From an uncultured Phycisphaerales bacterium (GTDB lineage: Bacteria > Planctomycetota > Phycisphaerae > Sedimentisphaerales > Anaerobacaceae), in NCBI GenBank assembly GCA_963718665.1, contig OY970359.1, positions 672,001 to 736,000 of the forward strand: 64,000 bases of DNA. The letters run 5' to 3'. The notes below the pieces were generated by a model, which did not search any database, was not told where the DNA came from, and saw only the letters and a program-made list of their open reading frames with translations. Positions 59,801-64,000 of this stretch are shown piece by piece; position 1 is the first letter of the stretch; every line of letters starts with the position of its first letter. The position numbers and the translations under genes are program-made.

Positions 59801-59836
59801 AATATGCCAGAAGGCGCTTGAATCCTTCTGGCATTT
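59801..59836. terminator. Hairpin between convergent genes
   Basis: ATGCCAGAAGG...CCTTCTGGCAT. Confidence 0.6.
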
Positions 59837-59884
59837 CCGGGTTGCCTGACCGAAATCGGCAAACAGGGGGATAAGCTCTGATTA

Positions 59885-60508
59885 TTACATTTTGTCTGTT
59901 AGATTTACGCCATTTTTGCGGCGATTGACCAGCATAAGGAACGCTGTAAAGAACAATGTTACCGTCGCCGGCTCAGGAGTCGGAACCGGGGGCGGCTCAG
60001 GAGCAGGGGGCGGGGCCGGAGTGTAGTGGTACGTCGGATACGTATATTTTTGTTGGGCCTCTTCAAGAGACGAGTCAGATAACCCTTCACTTCGCACCAT
60101 CCCGCCGCCATTGTCGCCGCCACCACCCAAATAACCACTTTCCACTCCGGGCGTCTCATATTCGGACCGCTCAAAAACAGCGATGACCATTTTGGGCGAA
60201 TTAAGAAATACGGTGGTGGAGCTGGTTACAGAGTTGCTGACGCTGCCCAGCCAGCAAACGAACTGATAGCCGGGCTTAGGTGTGGCTTTCAGCGTAACAT
60301 CCGAGTATATGTCGTAAGCATGAACACCTGTCGGGATGTTAAGAAAGCCACCTTCCACGGGACTCGCCTCCAACATTAAAGATGTCCCGTTTTCCTGAAC
60401 TGATGCCTGCGCGGAAAAACAAAAAAGCAGCGTTGCACAGCAAATAATCACCGCAGAACACCAGGATTTCGAATTATTTCTTTTCATCTTATTCATCATC
60501 CCTCGCAC
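59885..60508 (-). CDS. PEP-CTERM protein with InlB B-repeat-like domain
   Basis: Signal peptide; VTLKATPKPGYQFVCW; PTPEPATVTLFF + TM + RRK. Confidence 0.8.
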   Translation of the reverse strand: MRGMMNKMKRNNSKSWCSAVIICCATLLFCFSAQASVQENGTSLMLEASPVEGGFLNIPTGVHAYDIYSDVTLKATPKPGYQFVCWLGSVSNSVTSSTTVFLNSPKMVIAVFERSEYETPGVESGYLGGGGDNGGGMVRSEGLSDSSLEEAQQKYTYPTYHYTPAPPPAPEPPPVPTPEPATVTLFFTAFLMLVNRRKNGVNLTDKM

Positions 60509-60550
60509 GATTGCAATTACCCGCCCAACAAAACCAGGCGTGTGTCGGCT

Positions 60551-61186
60551 CTACACCGCCTGGCGTTTTCTACCCCGCTTCGCTGCATATAAAGCCGATG
60601 CGATGCCAAATAATGCCATTGTGCACGGTTCCGGAGTCGGAACAGGCGGCGGAGTTGTGGAAGCGGCGTTAACTGCAAAATCACCCGTGGTTGGTGCATA
60701 GTTGCTGCTATATACCAAATACCATGAATGGTCGTTGGCAAGCAAATAACCGACGCCGGAGGACCATACCCACACTCCCGGAGTTACACTAACAGACGGA
60801 TCCGGCGAAATACCGCCGCTACCGTCCGACTGTGAGCAGGTCTGGTGCATCAGCGATGATGCAACAGCGCTTTTGTCGCTATTCAGCACGCTAAAGCTTT
60901 CGACGCTTTCGGTGCTGCTGCTTTCATTGAACAACTGGTAAACGTAGATGTATGGGTCGGTGCTGGGCATAGGCACTCCACCTCCCCAGGTAAACTCGCC
61001 GGAACTCGCAGTATAAACATTAAACACCACTTCCACATTAAGCCCGGCACCATCCGAGTAGGTATTGTAGCCCCCCCACTTTCCTCCATCGAGAGAGCTG
61101 GAAGGCAAAGCCAACGCATTCTGCGCCAGCACGGTTATGACCATTATTACAGAGAGTACAGCAACTATGTTTTTCATCACCTTCAT
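60551..61186 (-). CDS. PEP-CTERM sorting domain protein
   Basis: Signal peptide; PTPEPCTMALFG + TM + KRGRKR. Confidence 0.88.
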   Translation of the reverse strand: MKVMKNIVAVLSVIMVITVLAQNALALPSSSLDGGKWGGYNTYSDGAGLNVEVVFNVYTASSGEFTWGGGVPMPSTDPYIYVYQLFNESSSTESVESFSVLNSDKSAVASSLMHQTCSQSDGSGGISPDPSVSVTPGVWVWSSGVGYLLANDHSWYLVYSSNYAPTTGDFAVNAASTTPPPVPTPEPCTMALFGIASALYAAKRGRKRQAV

Positions 61187-61257
61187 CGTTTCCTTTCACA
61201 CACACTTTACTTTTTCGCCAAATTACACAAAAACCGGATACAATTCGTCTTCTCCGG

Positions 61258-61920
61258 TTAAGCTTTCTTTTGTTTTCTTCGGACAGCCATAAAAGCCCCG
61301 CCGATTAACAGGCCAAACGTTGCCGGCTCGGGAATGCAAATGGTATTGATAGTAACGCTGTCAACCATGATGTCGCCCTTGAGAACAAGCCATTCGCTTG
61401 AAGGATTGGGATAAACGTTGAGTTTGAAAAGCGTAGTTGTCCAGCCGTCATTAAGTGGGGTTTCCTGGCGTGAAATCAGCACACTGTCATAATCGCACTC
61501 GATTCCCAAAAGCGGCTTATCCGGCACAAAACTACTAAGGCCCGCGCCTTGCCACGTTACCTCAACCCATATATCTTTTTCGGGCTGAGCAACCGGGTAA
61601 TTGGGGATAATAAAATCCATTTCGCCATTAAGCGTCCAAACGCCGCTGTGCTGCCCAACGGAACTATTCCATTGAGAACTGGTACTAACAACCAGCTGCG
61701 GGGTACCGAAAGGATTATTCCAGCCGTTATCCGGCAGCACCGGGCCATAATTCCACGCCGAAAACGACCACTGCTCAAAAGTAGTCGTAGGCCCTGGGCT
61801 CCAGGGCGGCGATGTGTAAGCACTGACATCCGCGACAACCACCGTACTCAGAACAACCAAAGATATGAACGCCATCCCGGCTCGCAACCAATTTTTTTGT
61901 ACTTTTTTACTATTCATCAC
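61258..61920 (-). CDS. PEP-CTERM sorting domain protein
   Basis: Signal peptide; IPEPATFGLLIGG + RRKQKK; RBS GGAGG. Confidence 0.9.
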   Translation of the reverse strand: MMNSKKVQKNWLRAGMAFISLVVLSTVVVADVSAYTSPPWSPGPTTTFEQWSFSAWNYGPVLPDNGWNNPFGTPQLVVSTSSQWNSSVGQHSGVWTLNGEMDFIIPNYPVAQPEKDIWVEVTWQGAGLSSFVPDKPLLGIECDYDSVLISRQETPLNDGWTTTLFKLNVYPNPSSEWLVLKGDIMVDSVTINTICIPEPATFGLLIGGAFMAVRRKQKKA

Positions 61921-62524
61921 CAGGCCTCCTTGTTGACTCTTCGCCTTTCTTTATTTTTACATCAAAGCACAACGGCAGACCGTGTGCATAACGCCTCGAC
62001 CTGCGCACCGTCCGCAATCTGCGCGCAGAATCGGCGCACAATTCTTCTCAATTCTCTTCTCGTAAAATTCCCCTGCCCTACCCCAATAGCAAGACCCCTT
62101 GCCCGGCTATTGGCTCGAATGGCTGTAAGCTGCTAAAAATAAAGCACTTACAATGCCTTCACTATGTGATTTCCCTCTTCCCCCGCTTCTCAAACGGTAC
62201 TACTGTGACACATAATGAGAAATCACTCACTGTCAAAGAGCATATACAACTACCCTTACTACTAGTGAGTTTTCTCGTCAGCCCCCAAGCTGATAGTTGC
62301 ATTAAACCATATTGCCTAAATGAAGTCAAGAGTTTTTTTGGAATTTTTTAAAATTTTTTTTCAGCCCCAAAATGCCGTCAAGGTCCTAATAAATTGTAAA
62401 GGTCCCAAAATAACAGCGGATTACAGAGTTAATTTGCCTATTATACCAAAAGATGGTTGCGGCAATCAGCCCCAAATACGTCAACGCACGGCTTTAAAGC
62501 CGACCGTTCTTAATCGAGGACGTT

Positions 62525-64000
62525 CTATTTAGGCGGCAATAATTGATAGCTTACAAACGCGACGCGTTTGCTGTCGGGCGACCAGGACGGGACGTTTATA
62601 GTTCCCTGCCCGCCAAATAAATTTGCCAGAATTTTCGGTTTTCCTCCGCTAAGCGGCAAATATCTCAGGAGAACGTCCTGGTTCGCGGGATGCCCCTTGA
62701 CACTTTTGTCGTAGGACACAAACACAAGCCCTTTGCCGTCTGGTGAAGGATGGGCGAACCAGTCGGCGTAATCTTTATCGGAAGTAACCTGCTGCTGGTC
62801 GCTGCCGTCGGCGTTCATGCGCCAGATTTTCATCAGGCCTGTTCGCTCGGAATTGAAGAAAATATATTTGCCATCGGGCGAATAATCAGAGCCGTCGTCT
62901 TTGCCCGGAGCATTGGTCAACCGGGTTTCTTCGCCGCCTGCAACGGGAATCGTGTAAATATCAAATTCATTGTTTCTTTCGGCACAATAGGCAAGGGTCT
63001 TGCCATCGGGAGACCAGCCGTGCCAGTAAGAAGGTCCCTTCGGGGTTACAAGGCGAGCTGTGCCGCCCGTGATTGGCAGGACGTAAATCCGGGATTTGCC
63101 GTCGGGATTATGCTGGCTGCTGACAGCGAGAAATTTGCCGTCGGGCGAGAGGCCGTGGTCGTTGTTGCATTTTTTGGCTTCGCCGGTATCGAGCAATTGA
63201 GGTTTGCCGCCTTCGACGAGAATCGTATAGATAAGCCCATTGTTGTTAAACACGAGTGTTTTGCCGTCCGGGGTCCAGTTTGGCGCCTCAAAATGCTGTC
63301 GGGCACGATATATGGTTTTTCGTTCGCCGTTTTCGACGGAGATTGTTTCGAGTGTGCTTTCGAGGACGCGTCCTTTCATATTTACCACCCCTTGTTTTTC
63401 AAGTTTAACATTGGTGAATACAGCCGTTTCTGCGGTGTTGACATCGTGAGAGCAAACCACCAAACCCGCATAAACCGGGTCGGTCAGCTTCATTGTTACC
63501 GAGCCGACAATCTCGAATGTTTTGCCGTCAGGAGCGATGGAAAGCGTGTAATTATCGGCGTGGCGTTCGAGCTTTATTGTTATTGACGTGAAACCTTTTA
63601 CTGTTCGGACGATTTCAAGGTCGTCGCTCATTTCGCCGCCTTTGACTGGACGCCACTGCAAAGCGATAAGGCCGTCGCCGTGGACTATTGCGCCGATAAA
63701 AGCAGAATCCTTGTCAAGCGTCTGGCGGACAATCCAGCCGGCCTTGCGGTGTGCGACTTTGCCTTTTCCGACAAAGTTAATGTCCGCAACCATAGTCAGG
63801 TCGCCTTCGAGCCGATTATAGAGGAAATAAAAAGCGTCCCTGTTAAACCACATATTGTAGCCGCTGGCGGTGATTCTGTATTCGTTTTTAGCAGCGTCAA
63901 ATGACGCGGAGCCGGGTATGCCGATATCGCAGGCATCGCCAACGTCGCCCTGTCCTTCGAACTGACCAACCGCCGCCATTGAGATATTAGTAAGAATCGC
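62525..64000 (-). CDS. TolB-like beta-propeller (PD40 repeats) with an N-terminal beta-sandwich; 5' end outside the window
   Basis: Repeated WTPDGK / SPDGK / WSPDSK motifs; frame open to the window end. Confidence 0.85.
   Translation of the reverse strand, partial: AILTNISMAAVGQFEGQGDVGDACDIGIPGSASFDAAKNEYRITASGYNMWFNRDAFYFLYNRLEGDLTMVADINFVGKGKVAHRKAGWIVRQTLDKDSAFIGAIVHGDGLIALQWRPVKGGEMSDDLEIVRTVKGFTSITIKLERHADNYTLSIAPDGKTFEIVGSVTMKLTDPVYAGLVVCSHDVNTAETAVFTNVKLEKQGVVNMKGRVLESTLETISVENGERKTIYRARQHFEAPNWTPDGKTLVFNNNGLIYTILVEGGKPQLLDTGEAKKCNNDHGLSPDGKFLAVSSQHNPDGKSRIYVLPITGGTARLVTPKGPSYWHGWSPDGKTLAYCAERNNEFDIYTIPVAGGEETRLTNAPGKDDGSDYSPDGKYIFFNSERTGLMKIWRMNADGSDQQQVTSDKDYADWFAHPSPDGKGLVFVSYDKSVKGHPANQDVLLRYLPLSGGKPKILANLFGGQGTINVPSWSPDSKRVAFVSYQLLPPK

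Overview
A 64-kb chromosomal window, mostly housekeeping genes, from a GC-moderate anaerobic bacterium. Gene content suggests Planctomycetota, probably Phycisphaerae/Sedimentisphaerales-like (inference from the short PheT, HTH_17 response regulator + HDOD kinase, ECF/anti-sigma trio and PEP-CTERM cluster). Core genes: pckG, pheT, a 6S RNA candidate, glgP, ptsN-like, cimA, panB, the recO-ybeY-HD-phoH-cdsA-uppS-purA block, pgpA, dgt, HIT, ilvD, guaB-guaA, ClC channel, ppnP, eda and an orphan groES. Single accessory genes (probable RM C-terminus, Bro-N, HNH-AP2, LuxR-HTH, DUF2971-like) sit in intergenic DNA rich in 7-/9-mer tandem repeats and REP-like hairpins, some of which have entered coding sequence in frame. 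The most striking observation is two ~100-bp units upstream of the Bro-N gene, each ending in an alternative, codon-registered version of the palindrome-encoded segment inside that gene. Other candidates: an unannotated 39-aa, 9-Cys microprotein after a Deg protease/pseudoprotease pair; a LuxR mini-gene bracketed by identical inverted 32-bp palindromes; two structured 5' leaders; and four frameshifts that all fall on GCGC. No CRISPR, rRNA or tRNA was recognised. All family calls come from motif recognition by eye, not database searches.
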